Below, piece after piece: positions 25,279-38,000 of a DNA stretch of 64,000 nt. A program made the translations under genes and the position numbers. Positions within the stretch are counted from its first letter, which is position 1. Every line of letters starts with the position of its first letter. The stretch lies in assembly GCA_951804945.1 (NCBI GenBank), contig OX638151.1:67146001-67210000 (forward strand), written 5' to 3'. Source of the stretch: Podarcis cretensis (taxonomy: Eukaryota). The notes beneath the pieces are model-generated. The model was given only the letters and a program-made list of their open reading frames with translations. It had not been told where the DNA came from and did not search any database.

Positions 25279-25589
25279 GTAAGTAATGATTAAGAGTCAC
25301 ATTTTTCTCTGTTTTTTTCAAGACAGGCTCAATATTGTCTGCCTGCTTTTTCCATCATCCAGCCATTGGTGTCCTCCCTCCACCCTCCTCCTCTAGTTTT
25401 TCCTCTTACAAATTGTTAAAAAGTGGGGAAACGACACCTTTGAAGCAGTGAATTAATCTTGTTTTCTTGTTAATTTAAATACCTTAATTTAATGTTTCTC
25501 GACATTCACAGACGTGTAGCTTATAGTTAAAAGTAGATGTATAAGATTTCTATTAGTTGGGATTCCAGCTAATGAGGGAACATAACAAC

Positions 25590-26027
25590 AGAAGTGGCTT
25601 GCTGGGTGGGGTAGAGCCACTTGACTAGCTTCCCAGTAGGTGGATTTCACTGGAGGAAGAGGGGAGAGGTGGCAGAGAGACTGGTGTAGTGCAAATGCAC
25701 CAGCAGGAGGATTTAGCACTGCTGGTGCATTTGCCCAACACTGACCGCCCTGACCAGTGGCATAGCATGGGGGGTGCAGGGGGGCCGGCCACACCGGGCG
25801 CAACATCTGGGGGGGGGCACGCGCTCGCACTAGTGGAAGAGACTTGAGTGCTAAAATCCACGGGTTAGGGGGCTCAAATTACTTGCCTTGCCCCGGGTGC
25901 TGACAACCCACGCTACGCCACTGGCCCTGACGCCTTGCTTCCTCCACATTCCCTTCCGGTGGGCAACAGCAACCACCTGCTGGGAATCTGGCACAATGGC
26001 TCTGTTCCACCCAGTCAGCTATTTCTG
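25590..26027. mobile_element. Fold-back palindromic element hosting a younger hAT MITE
   Basis: Perfect 16-bp inverted repeat at 25691-25706 / 25719-25734; outer arms at about 25601-25643 and 25973-26016 are imperfect reverse complements. Confidence 0.75.
25755..25923. mobile_element. hAT-type MITE, 169 bp
   Basis: TIRs CAGTGGCATAGCATGGG / CCCACGCTACGCCACTG; perfect 8-bp TSD GCCCTGAC at 25747-25754 and 25924-25931. Confidence 0.93.
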
Positions 26028-26286
26028 GGAAACAGCATTAGAATCAAGCTTCTATAAATCGTATCTGTAAAATACCTATGTGCTTCTTCATGATCCTGTG
26101 AGATTTAGCTCAACTTATTATCAATATAATAATAACACTTTTAAGTGTTGTAGCAACCAATGTTGAGCAAATGGCTTTTAAAGTGTGCAGAGCCCTATCA
26201 AAACTAACAGCAAAATCATGCCTGAAGATGATTCAGAGATGCTTTAGGCCGAAAAGCAGTACATAAATAAACTATATTGATCTATG

Positions 26287-26424
26287 TGGAGTAGCTGAGT
26301 TGGTAAAGCTTGAGACTCTTAATCTCACATCCCCCATTGGGCAAAGGTTTCCTGCACTGCAGGGAGTTGGACTAGATGTCCCTTGTGGTCCCTTCCAACT
26401 CTACAATTTTATGATTCTCTGATT
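26287..26424 (+). mobile_element. tRNA-Lys-derived SINE with CR1 tail, second copy (B box deleted)
   Basis: GTAGCTGAGTTGGTAAAGCTTGAGACTCTTAATCTCA head and GGTCCCTTCCAACTCTACAATTTTATGATTCT tail. A third 3' piece lies at about 62326-62397. Confidence 0.82.
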
Positions 26425-27895
26425 AGTATGGATGTGCTTTCTTGGACCAAACCACCTTCACGATTGTTGCCACATCCTACAGCAGCCAAAGCTTCCGAGA
26501 GGTTATCAAGGACAGAATGGTATAAATTTCATTGTAGTAATTGATTGCTAAGTGTGCAAAAACTTGAAATGATGATCACTTGGTTTGAATCCAATGAAAT
26601 AGCTGTCTTTATATCCATTGAGGGTTCTGAAAAGTCATATTGGGACTACTGTCACAACTGAACCTCTGGGTCCAGGATGAACTACAAGCTTGAGAGAAGA
26701 AGAGGCTAGAATCACCTTCCATGTGTGTTCTATTTCCCACAAGTCCCCTACAATTTGCTAGGCTCCCTCAAGGCTCCTGCAACAGAGAAAAATGAAATAA
26801 ATTGAGGTTTTTCATGTCACATTTTGGAAAGTTGTCACCCAACAGAATTTTGTAATACAGCATTTCATAGAGTAAATTGAGACATGAAGGCACTCTTGAG
26901 ACTTCAGACTCTGAAAAGATAAACAGTTATCCATGGCTGCTTCCCTGAAACTTACATACAAAGTTAGTAACACCTAACTATCATAGTTTGGTTTCCTGTG
27001 TCATCAAAGCCAGCTCCATGAGTTGATGCCTCCATCACCAGCTTCTTCCATTTGCAAATTTTATCCACAGGGATAGCCATAGGTTCAATTCAACAGCAGC
27101 AGCTCTCCAGTATAGGATTTGTAGGGCAGTAAACATGGCCCTTGATCCTAATTAACTTGAGCCTTCCCCCACACCCCACACAGCCATAGCATTATTGAAT
27201 TTTGTTTGGTTAATTGCAGACGTAATAGACTGGGCCAGTCTATTGAATTGCTAAGCCTAGACTCTTGATGTGTGGCCTGTTACCAGGTAATTTAGAAGAG
27301 TAATGCGTGTGCAAACTATGTAGCATATTTCTCTCTCAACTGCCACCGCTGCCTTTTTCAACCCTAATATTTCACAAGGATGGTTTTGTCACTGAGCTTT
27401 CCTTGAGGCAGGACAGTTAGTATGAGAAGCTTTGTCAGTGGGTCAAATGTTGCTGTATTTAGTGGTGCAGGTGATATTTACTGACAGGGATGTCTACGTG
27501 GCACTAGATCACACTATATGGAGTTAATTAAATCTGATTGTTTGTATTGTTAATGCAGTGGTTTCTCATTGCAGTGGTTTTATGTATAATGCAATGGAAG
27601 TTCACTCCAGAGTTTTTAGGCTTTTTTTTTTCCACATCCTTTTACGCTTTGGCTTATTACAAATCGCTTTTAATTCATGTCTGACAAGCTTCAGCAGAGT
27701 TTGTGTGGTGCAGGAAGAAAGATCAAGGCTGTTTTGTTCTCTCTCCTTGAGTTGAAACAATTATTTTCTTTCATGTAAAAAATTAGTTTTAACCAAAGGC
27801 TGCAGTAATGTGTATCTTTGGGGAGAAGTAAATGGGCTTTTTTTTGTCTGAACATATTTTTGGTAACATTTTTCTCTCTCTCCACCTACACACAG

Positions 27896-28011
27896 ATAAA
27901 TCTCCTCACTTCTTGAGGCTTGGGGATGTGGAGGTCAATGCAGGCCAGAATGCTACATTTCAGTGCATTGCTACAGGGAGGGATGCAGTGAATAACAAGT
28001 TATGGCTCCAG
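27896..28011 (+). CDS. PTPRK: PTPRK internal coding exon (116 bp, exon 5): first half of Ig domain, [39 protein letters not shown]
   Basis: Lies within ORF 27832..28134; CACAG acceptor, GTAAGG donor at 28012; phase 1 to phase 0; peptide recognised as PTPRK. Confidence 0.97.
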
Positions 28012-28256
28012 GTAAGGCTGATTCAATGGGGTCCATTTGTGGGCATACATCTTGCAAAAACAAGAAATGCAAGTTGTACTTTTTCTGGTTTATACAGGAT
28101 AAGTCACATAACTGAAAAATGCTTTCCAATATAATTTTTTTTTGCTTTATTTTTAATTTTCATTTATTTCATATTAAAAGGTGGTTGTACTTATACAGCT
28201 TTTGAGTCCCCCACTTTTATAAACAAAATCTGACTCACATGAGTTGAAGATGCAGT

Positions 28257-28966
28257 CATAGCTGTCAACTTACAGATTTGAAAATAAGGGACCAGCAGCC
28301 TCAAAAATAAGGGATCAGGAGCCAAAATAAGGGATTTTAGTCAACCAGCAGCCAAACGAAGCCTCAAGTGGTGGTTCCCACAGCGCAGCAACCCGGCAAA
28401 GGGATGCAGAGGGGGAAATCACTACATTAAGATGCTGCACTGGTTGGAGGGTATGCTAAGCAGCACGTTGGGGTTGCCGTCGTCCTGGCGCGAGGAGTTC
28501 CATCGGCCCTTTCCCGCGCGCGAGAGAGGGAGAAAGACTCTCGCCCACACTGCCCGTGAGCCTGGCATGAGACGGTTGCGGCACTGCAGTGGCCGCTGAA
28601 GCGCCGCCCTTCTGCATCCCTCCCCATCCCCTCCTCTTCCTCCTCCCTCAGGCTGCCTCCTCAGCCGCTGCCACCGCCTCCGGCTTCCCCTGGCAGCGCG
28701 GTGGAAGTCTCACAAGAGAGGGGCTGCCTGCCCACCCGCCACCACCCATCTCCTCATGACGTGCCCCTGAGGGGGAAAAGGGAGAGACGGATTTGTGGCA
28801 GCTTGTGTGTGCGCACTCTCTCGAGGTGGAGGCGCTGCTTCCCTCCCGAGCCAGGCGAGCATGAAACCCGGGAAATTTAAGGGACATCATCAGTCCGGGA
28901 CAGCAGTGGGAAACGGCGCTGGGATAAGGGAGTTTCCCGCCAAATAAGGGACGGTTGACAGCTATG
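28257..28966. mobile_element. Young non-autonomous hAT-type element, 710 bp, CpG-rich interior
   Basis: Perfect 13-bp TIRs CATAGCTGTCAAC / GTTGACAGCTATG; perfect 8-bp TSD GATGCAGT at 28249-28256 and 28967-28974; subterminal ATAAGGGA repeats. Confidence 0.94.
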
Positions 28967-31900
28967 GATGCAGTGATACACTTTTTATTTCATCAAATAT
29001 CTCTCTATTCATGGGTTCTGTGTTCTGTGATAGCTCAGTTGTAGCCCTTTCTTATAATCAAGGTATTATGTGAAATTGCTATTACACTGCACTGAATATT
29101 CTCTGCAGTAGAATGCTGTCTACACATTTATTTTATTTAGGCACCATAACCACCCTAAAAATGTAAGCAATATGTTTTAGACTTTAAAAAATGGGGAAAA
29201 TGCAGTCCTGGGGAGCAAAGTGCTAAATTTGGAATTCCTTTTCAGTGAGGTGAGGAAAAATTGTATGGTACTTGCGGATAAGCGGGGCATATGTATCTGT
29301 GATTTTGAAAAACTATTTGATTGAAGTTGATAGCAAATTATACCTTGATTTTAAACAGAATGTTAAACTACATCCATGTGATGCAACTGAATTAAAGAAT
29401 TCCAGATTTTAGAACAGGATGAAGTACAATCACAAGAGTTATGCCGGGTCAGGCCAAGGGTCCATCTCATCCAGTAACCTCTTATCATATATGCCTGTAG
29501 AAAGCACATATGCAGAACTGGAGCTCAGCACCATTGTCCTCACTTCTGATTTCTACCAGCTGATATTCATAGGCATATTGCCTTTAACAGTGGAGGTGTA
29601 ACATAGCCATTGATAGCCTTATCCTCCATGACGTTTGTTACTAATGAGTAAAATAAAATGAGATGACAGATAATGGTACTGCTCATGCCTTCTGCTTCAA
29701 TGTGATAACTGTAAACATTCAATTTCAGTGACTTAAGCATAGTTTTATTTGACTTTACATGACCAGTTTAGTAATTGCAGGCTGTATCACTAGGGACTAA
29801 GAGTTTCCATTAAATGGGGAACACTAATAAAACAACACTTAGATAAGCACAAAAAAATCATTATAAAGAAGCAGAGTATTAGGAGTGCCAAAGTGAGCAC
29901 ACATTAAAAGAACCTGTATAATTGTCATAGCTAAGGTGCTAACAATGGCAGTGTGCAAGTACTTATGTTAACCACTCTGTGCAACCTAGATAAATGTTGA
30001 TCCAATGTGGTTAAAAAGAGCCAACTGGAAAGTTTCCATACTGTGCAGTTCTCCATATCAGATTGATGTCAGATTATTTCATTTTTATTCTCTAGGGTAG
30101 ATTGTTTAACAAACAGACAAAAGCTGTTTTAGCAAACATATGTTTTGTTTTGTCTAAATTACATAATTAGATTTCCTCTCCTTTTTGTTAAAAACAATAA
30201 ACACATTTATTTCATTAAAAATTCAACCCACCAAGATAGTTTACAAGATAATGAAGCACAAAAATTTCCAACCCCCCCCCCCAAACCCCAAGAAGTAATG
30301 TGATAGAATTTGCTCACTAACGTTGTGTGGTCACTGGGGCACACAGCCACAAGGTGTGTCATCATTTGGGGGCATGGCCAGTGGGTGGGATACTGTACCA
30401 CTTCTCACATGTTGTAAGCTGTGAAGGAATCCATGTGCATAATCCTAGTAAAGGGTGTGCTTCTAGGGGAGACAAATTTAATCTGCAAAAGTTCGAACAA
30501 AAATTCCCTGAACAATTAGGCTCCATACAGATGTTCAGTACAGTTCTTTGGAGAGGTTTGGTTATAAAAGACTTTGCTGGTCAATGAAACTATCTACCAA
30601 TTGTTGAGGCTCCATGAGAGAAGGAGTGGCCTAAGCAGCTCACCTCACCAAGTTGGGGGGGGGTGACCTCAACATAGCTCCCTCTATATAGTTGAATATG
30701 AGTAGAGAGACTACCACAGAAGGGGACCTGAGCCAGATGGCTTATCCAAAAAGAGCCACAGGCATAAGGAGCAATACTCCAATTCCTAAACCAACAGGGA
30801 TTCACACAGTACTTAGTGATTTTAATACCTAGCTTGCAACCCATTGCAGATCCGTTTAAAAGTTGTTGTTAATGTTTATTTTGAAACCCAGGTTGATGTC
30901 TCACCTCTTTATTGTAGGATTCTGACGGCAAGTAAATATTCCTGAAAGTGCTTCTTCACGTAGGATGATAAATAGATGGAAACTTTGAAATATTTTAACT
31001 ACAAATCATGTTGAAAAGAAAATCTGTCTATTATATATGAAAGTAGCCTATTCAGAATTATAGAGGGCAAGTTCACAGTTGGCTGCAAGGTTCTGTGAAA
31101 ATTATTACTTTGCAACTAGCTTTCATTGCCTCAAGTAATAGGATCAAATAATTCATGAGCTCATCTGTGATAGTATTTTCTCAACAGGTGATCACTCAGT
31201 TATAATATGATGTAGTAGTGCTACATCCAAGTGCTATCTTGGATATGGCAGTGGAACTCTGAACCTAATGTGGATGTGATCTTTTCCCAAAAGGCCCACT
31301 CCCAGAGGTTTTCAACCTTTTGAGTCCACAGCTACCTTGACCAACTAGATTCTTTCTGTGGCATCCCTGTGGGGCTCAGGAACCCAGTTATGTCACCCCT
31401 TGCCTGCCTACAAATGTTTAAAACTTGGGCTGCCTGATCCTGTGTTCTACTGTGTGGGAAGATTGAAAGTCTAAGCACACATACTAGCATGTTCTACTGA
31501 ACTTAGTTGGAACATATGTACTACTGAGTTAAACAGCAAAGCTTTTTGGAACACATTAATTTCATGTCCAAAACAAGATCAGGTAATTCAGAACACTAAA
31601 ATCCTTTGTGTGTGTGCGCACATGTGTGTTTTGGGGGTCAGACAGAAGATTCCAAAAAACACACTGTGTTTTTGGTTAGCTCAGTTTAAATATCTGAGCA
31701 ATAGGTTTCAGAACCAAGCTGCTTCATTCTATTTTCCAATTTGGGAATGGTAGTAAATGTGGTAAGCTGTCTCACAACGTTTGAGATCTCTTGTCCATGG
31801 CCAGCATAAGACGACACCTATGTGGCCCCCATCAATAAAGCCCTTTCCTTGGAGCATCTGCTAAACCATATGCCCTGGCTCTAGGTTCAGTAGTTGATAA

Positions 31901-31991
31901 CGGAACCACTAATGAGCCTATCCATCATTGTTGAGTCTTGGCACCAACACATCATTTGGCTTGAGCAAAGAGGTTTAACCTGCCTTTGCAG

Positions 31992-31994
<3 letters not shown>

Positions 31995-32033
<39 letters not shown>
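31995..32033. repeat. (TG)n microsatellite
   Basis: Directly visible. Confidence 0.95.
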
Positions 32034-32034
<1 letters not shown>

Positions 32035-34254
32035 GCCACACAGATCTTGGTGCTACCTTTGACTTTGGTGGATCTGAAATGAGGAGTGTTATTACCCATG
32101 GTTAAAATGTGGGGTTTTTTAAAGCATGACTGGTAATCCTGTCAGTAATCAGTCAGTAATGGCTTTAGGTGCTGGCTAAATGCCTCCTTAGTTGGCAAGC
32201 CAAAGCTGGAAGAGGGTGCCATGGTTTCACCCTTTGAGAGGCTCATCAGCATTAATGCAGCATGATGCCTTTCTTCTCCCAGCCACAGGAAAATGTCATT
32301 CCTAGTGGAGTTGCAGATAATTAAAGCAACTGGCTGAAAATAGCAATTGAAGGATAGAAAAAGAGAACGACGAATTCGAGTTCAGTTTGTTGCAACTACA
32401 ACTCATGACTTTTCTCTGAGATTAGGGAATATTGTGTACATTTAGATGTTTCTGCTTTCTGTTCTGGACATCATGAGGATTAGGGTGCTTCTGTTGTGGA
32501 GGATATTGCCTTTCCTCACCATGTAAGCCACAGTATCTTTATAAAAAGTAATGTGATGGTGCATTCTAAAAAGTCAAGGTGATGGTGCATTCATGGTTGC
32601 AAATGCTGTTTGGAATGTAGCTGGCTGCCATCTTGGGCATCTGTTGTATATTTAGAGTTTGACTGATTGGTGTGGCACAACTTCAACCCTTTTTGCATGA
32701 TCATAGCAACAGGCCTAACTTTCAGATGTTCCTGCCATTTGTTTAACCTATTTATTCAAGATTGTGGATTCTCAGCAACTTTGGAAGCTGAGTGTTCCCC
32801 TATCTTTTGTCTGGCTTTAAAAGTGGGTGGCTGAAAGGAACAAGAAATGTATTGTTTCTTTCTCCCTCTCCCTGGCCTACCATACTTATATGTTGCAGAG
32901 AGTCAACAGCAAGGGGATATCTGTGAATGGCGTGCTTGCAGGTGCCATGTTTGGGATCCTCGGATTACACATTGCCAAGGCTGCTGGGTTGGGGGGGGGG
33001 AGAGATAATAAATCATGAGAACAAATGAAAGGATCAATTACATTGGGGCAAGAGCATATTAGTAATTATAGAATTATTTTATAAGCATTTGGAAGATAAG
33101 TAGAGTAGAACAATTTGGCATATTCAACCCATAAAGGATTCACAGAATTGGGGAAACTTGCTCAGTGCTAGCAAGCAGGCAGGCAGACAGGCAGACAGAC
33201 AAACAGTCAAACAGTCAAACAAACAAACAAAAACATGCTTTTAAAAAAGAAGTAGCCTGCTAAATGGAAATGGAAATGATAGTGTGCAGGGGGGGGGGAT
33301 GCCACATATTCACCTTAAAGGAAGAATACACTTCAGCTGAAGAGTTACATCCACCAAAATGACTGTTTTAAAAATCTTATTTTTGAAAGACAAAATGCCA
33401 TAGAGAACATTGTGAAGTTGATGCAATTGTAATATTGAAAAACAGTCTGAGGGTAGAATTTTACATCTATGGTGGATATTCCACTGGTGCAAGTATTTCA
33501 GCTAGCCAGATGGAACGATCCCCCCTCTACTTCTCCTGCTGTCCTGGGGGTTCTCCTGACCCCCTCCCTTGAGCCAATTTCAAGGTATACAGGGGGAGGA
33601 GAGAGGGGAGGCTCCATGGCACAAGCGGAACTCCTTGCACAGGGCTTTGCTGACAGGGCTGGTTGGGTGAATCCCCTTAAGTATTTTTCAGACTAGTTTA
33701 GATGGGATACATCAAACTTAAACAAAAAATGGGGGGAAAGGGTAGCTAGATTAGATGGCTTCAGATGTGACCCTAAGCATGAATGTTTGTACCTCTCCAA
33801 TGCTATATGCTCCTTTTACTTCCTGGCAATTGATAGATCACTGTAGTCTTGTATAACTGTCTTTCATCCCCATGCATTAAGATTTACAAGTGAGAACCTA
33901 CTCAGATTCTGAATGCCCATAAATCAGCCTGCCTGTGTGATATATGAGAGCTAGCAGTTTGCCAGTGCCCAACCCTAGAAGATTTGGAAGTCAAATACAT
34001 CTTTGTTTAAGATGAACTTCTTCTTCTTCTTCTTCTTTTTCTGGGGGGGGGGGCAAGGATTTGTGCATGATAGATGAATATGAGTAATAAAAACTATTGA
34101 TCTTTGTTTTGGAAGAGTGGAATATCCACACACTCACACCCCAAATTTAGTCTTTGGGCAACTTTGTTCATTACATGTTGAATCTATATACACAGATCTG
34201 TAAGATAATGAATGACCGGTGATTTCCACCCATGTATTTTGCACTAGTGAAGGG

Positions 34255-34708
34255 CACTGGTCTTCAACAGGTGGGTTGGGACTCACCACTGGGTTATGAC
34301 CTGATCCACGGCGAGTTGCAACAGCAGCACTGCTAACATACAAATGGAGAGCCAGTGTGGTGTAGTGGTGAAGAGCAGTGGACTTGTAATCTGGTAAACC
34401 AGGTTCGATTCCCTGCTCCTCCACATGCAGCTGCTGGGTGACCTTGGGCTAGCCACACTTCTCTGAAGTCTCTCAGCCTCACTCAGCCTCACTCAAGGTT
34501 GTGGGGGAGGAAGGGAAAGGAGAATGTTAGCCGCTTTGAAACTCCTCAGGGTAGTGAAAAAGCGGGATATTAAATCCAAACTCCTCCTCCTCCTCCTCTT
34601 CTTCTTATTGGGGAATGGGGGGGGGAGGGCAGTGGAGAATTAAGGAATGGGTTCCCAATGCAAGTTTGTATTGGTGGATCCTGGGTCTGAAAAAGTTGAA
34701 GACTCCTG
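34255..34708. mobile_element. Old hAT-like MITE interrupted by a SINE
   Basis: Imperfect TIRs CACTGGTCTTCAAC / GTTGAAGACTCCTG; TSD not recognisable. Confidence 0.5.
34346..34606 (+). mobile_element. Full-length tRNA-derived SINE (Squam3-like) with (CTC/CTT)n tail
   Basis: Pol III A box TGGTGTAGTGG at 34358-34368, B box GGTTCGATTCC at 34402-34412, GGGTGACCTTGGGC core, L2-like 3' end and triplet tail. Confidence 0.85.
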
Positions 34709-34789
34709 CTCTAGGAAACATGGAGTGGCTGTTGTTTCTCAGTAGATGTGCAAAGCATGAGACCACCCTTCCTTGAGAACACTTCCTGT

Positions 34790-35070
34790 CTCTCTGTACC
34801 TATATCTTTAGGTGCCAGGCGAAAATGTTCCTCTTCAACTAGGCTGTCTGCTGATTAACATTCTATGCCCTTTTAAATGTTTTTGTGGGAGGCACAGTAT
34901 GGGTTTGTTTTGTTCATGTTCTTGTTTTTATTAGTGCTGTTTTGTGTTCTTATTTTGCATTTTTATGCTGTGAACTGCCCTGAGATCTTTGGATGAAGGG
35001 AGGTATAGAACTTAAATAAATGAATAGATAATCAGATGATAGATAGATAAATGGATAGACAGAGATATCT
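34790..35070 (+). mobile_element. L2-type LINE 3' end with degenerate (GATA)n tail
   Basis: Ends GTGAACTGCCCTGAGATCTTTGGATGAAGGGAGGTATAGAA...AAATAAAT; same family as 12560-12710. Confidence 0.65.
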
Positions 35071-38000
35071 CCAACGAGAGTAGTCTTTTGTGCCTGTAAC
35101 TTGTTTACTTTCCCCTTTAAAAAAATTACTTGTGGAAATTACTTTCCTCCCGCTGAACAGGCTGGCAGCTCTGGAGTTTTGAATTCTTCCTGTCTCTTGC
35201 CTGCATTGGAGGCAACGCTGCTAACTAAGCCTGTTTTCTATAGCACTTTGCTTAGGCCCTAAGTCGCTACCTTCTTAAATCAATCCTTACTGGATTCCCA
35301 GGTGTATTGCTGTTACACAACATTGCTTTTAAAGATTTCTTGCTTCACACCTCTTTACTTCCCCCCTTTACTATAAAGTTAATTCATAAAGATCTCCTTG
35401 CCTTTTCCTTTTCTTTCACGACCAGGGTCTTGTAAGCAATTTATGCCTCATCTTGTTCTGTCTCATTGCTGCCCTGCAACTGTGGTGACACATGATTCAG
35501 GGGAAATTGCTGCAGGTTCAGTCCCTCCAGACTCAATTCTGCAAATTAGCTAGTGCTTACAGTACATCCAGCATTACATCATTCTTCAGAAGATGTCTCT
35601 CTTTATTATAGCTCTTGTAGGAAAGTATCTTTCCAATGTTCTTTTTCTGTGCTCTTGATAGTGTTCCCATAAAAATAGCTTTCTTTTCTTTGATCACAGC
35701 AGTCTGGCTTTTTACATCCCTCCCCCCTTTGTATCCAGCATGCATACTCTGATCTCTAATAGTAGTGCTTGCAATGTTTTGACCATTGATTTCCTAGTAC
35801 TTTACAAGTACAGTAGTTTGTTGAGTCTGTCATCATAACATATTGCTCCTGTGAAAGATAAGAGTTCTTTTTATATCAGTTGTTCCAAACAGAAACTGCA
35901 GTAGGTTAAGCCCAAGCTTAATAAAGTGTCCTTATGATTAACCTAGATGGAATCCAGACCTCAGATACATGCAGTCTGGTTTGCTTCAGGAGAAGCAAGA
36001 ACTTGCCATGAGCCTTGATCTTGCACATCCCTCATCCCATGCCTTCTCTTTTGTATACCACAGAAGATCAAGAACGTCCACTTTCAGTTTTAAGTTAAAC
36101 ACAGTTCCTTGTGGTGCCTGGTCCCAAGTAGCTGTGGTTTGTTTTTACTATAGTTATACTAAAGTATGATGCCATCCTGGTTCTTGACCTACCAGTTGAA
36201 AACTAGAGCCTTGGAACTTGTGCAGCTCACTCATATGCAAGAGTGAGAATCATTTTCCATGTTTACTCTCAAGTAAGCCTCATTGTGTTCAGCTGAACTT
36301 ACTTCAGCCTTTGAATGTGGAGTTGAAAGCCCACATGTTTCTCTTCTGCTTTAATGACACTGCCAAAAGGGGATAGAATCTTGTATATTTTTAGGATTGC
36401 TTCAGTACATTTGAAGAAAAAACAGGTGGTAAGATGCTTTTGTTTCCTTTGTTAGTTATATATACATATATTGCATGGTATACATCCAGTTTATTTGAGT
36501 AAGCAGTATGAACATGTAACTTCTGACAGTGGGTGCAATCTTTGTTTAAATCTTCTTGATTTCAGTGGAATTCAGCCAGCCTAATTGCATACATATGATT
36601 GCAACCAAGGCATTAGGAGTCAGTTCATGTTTTCTCCATTGGCACTGAGACAGCTATTGAGGGATGTAAATTCTCATTTATCTATAAATGTGTCGGTGTA
36701 TTGGCCATAGTACCACCTGCACCAACATGACTTTCCGTTCATGTTGGCTGAATTCCACTGAAGCCAGGAGTTTATTTTTATGTTTTTGTTAAAGCAACAA
36801 CAACAACACCACAAAAAACCTAATCTGTTAATTTAGAGTGCAGGCTTACAGTGCTGAAGATCCTTATGTCCCGTTTGGAATAATTTATTGGTAATGAATC
36901 ACCCATTCTGAGTGCATTGCCCTCAGCTTTTGAGGGAAAGGGGCAGGATGTAGATATGATTAATAATGTGAACAGTACTTTTGAATACCGGTACTTGAAA
37001 ACTTGAGAACTTCAATAAAATATATATAAATATTGGTTTTATAAAATAAAAGGCTTGAGGTTTCTCCAGGGAATGCTTTTCTGATGGGTCATGGTGCTTT
37101 CCTTTTTTGCCAGTGATATATAATTGAAGATGCATATTTCTCTAATATAAACTTTGTATATACATGTCACCTGCTTCTGCCTATTATACAGCAGAGAGAA
37201 ATGTAAGAATGATTAGGTGTGATTTACACTTGGTGGTCTTTCTCATATTAAAATAGTGCTTTAGAGGCACTGCTATATAGTAGCACTGGACAAGCAGTGC
37301 TGCAACTTCAGTCTTTATACAATTTCATTTGAGGTTTTTCTTGGAACTCCAGTCTAAAATGTGTATGTTTGCATATGAAATCCCTCTTGTCACTCTACAT
37401 TCCATCTTTTGAAGCCACTGCTGTCATTTAGGTTTGAAGAGAGCCTTCCCTTCTCGGATAAATGTGATCATTTCCCCTGGCTCCTTAGTTTGCAGTTCTT
37501 TTTTGTTTTACCTTATAACAGCAGTAGATGATAAGTTCCTCCTGGTTTGAATTTAATTCTGCCTCACTTAACTAGGTCCTCCATGGGACAATAGCTCAGA
37601 GTCACATAAGCATCACTCTGTAGCCTCAGTGGCTGTAATCTGAGTAGATTCTCTCTGGGGATGCCTAAATGCTACTACTGTTGGCCCTATTGCACTACTT
37701 CCTAGGGACTTTTATTGTCAGATTCTTCACTGATTACAAGGCTGCAGGACACATCACTGACCATGTATAATGTGTTGTGATTTCTTTCTTCTACCTTCTG
37801 CCAGCCTGCGGTTTTGGTTTACAAACTGTGGCAGCTGTTGAGTTCCCATGAACCCTACTGACCACATTCACACAATTGCATCTTTGCCTATAAGGTGTGA
37901 TATGAATGAGTTCATTGCTCATGTATGCAGCTTCTTCTAGGGGTACCTACATGCTGCAATGTAGAAATCTTCAGTTAAACAAAGTTTAGAACCAGCCAGG

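Noticed and set aside
30200-30870. Possible LTR or retroelement remnant with several short ORFs
   Set aside because: Composition differs from the flanks, but I found no termini, TSD or protein motif.
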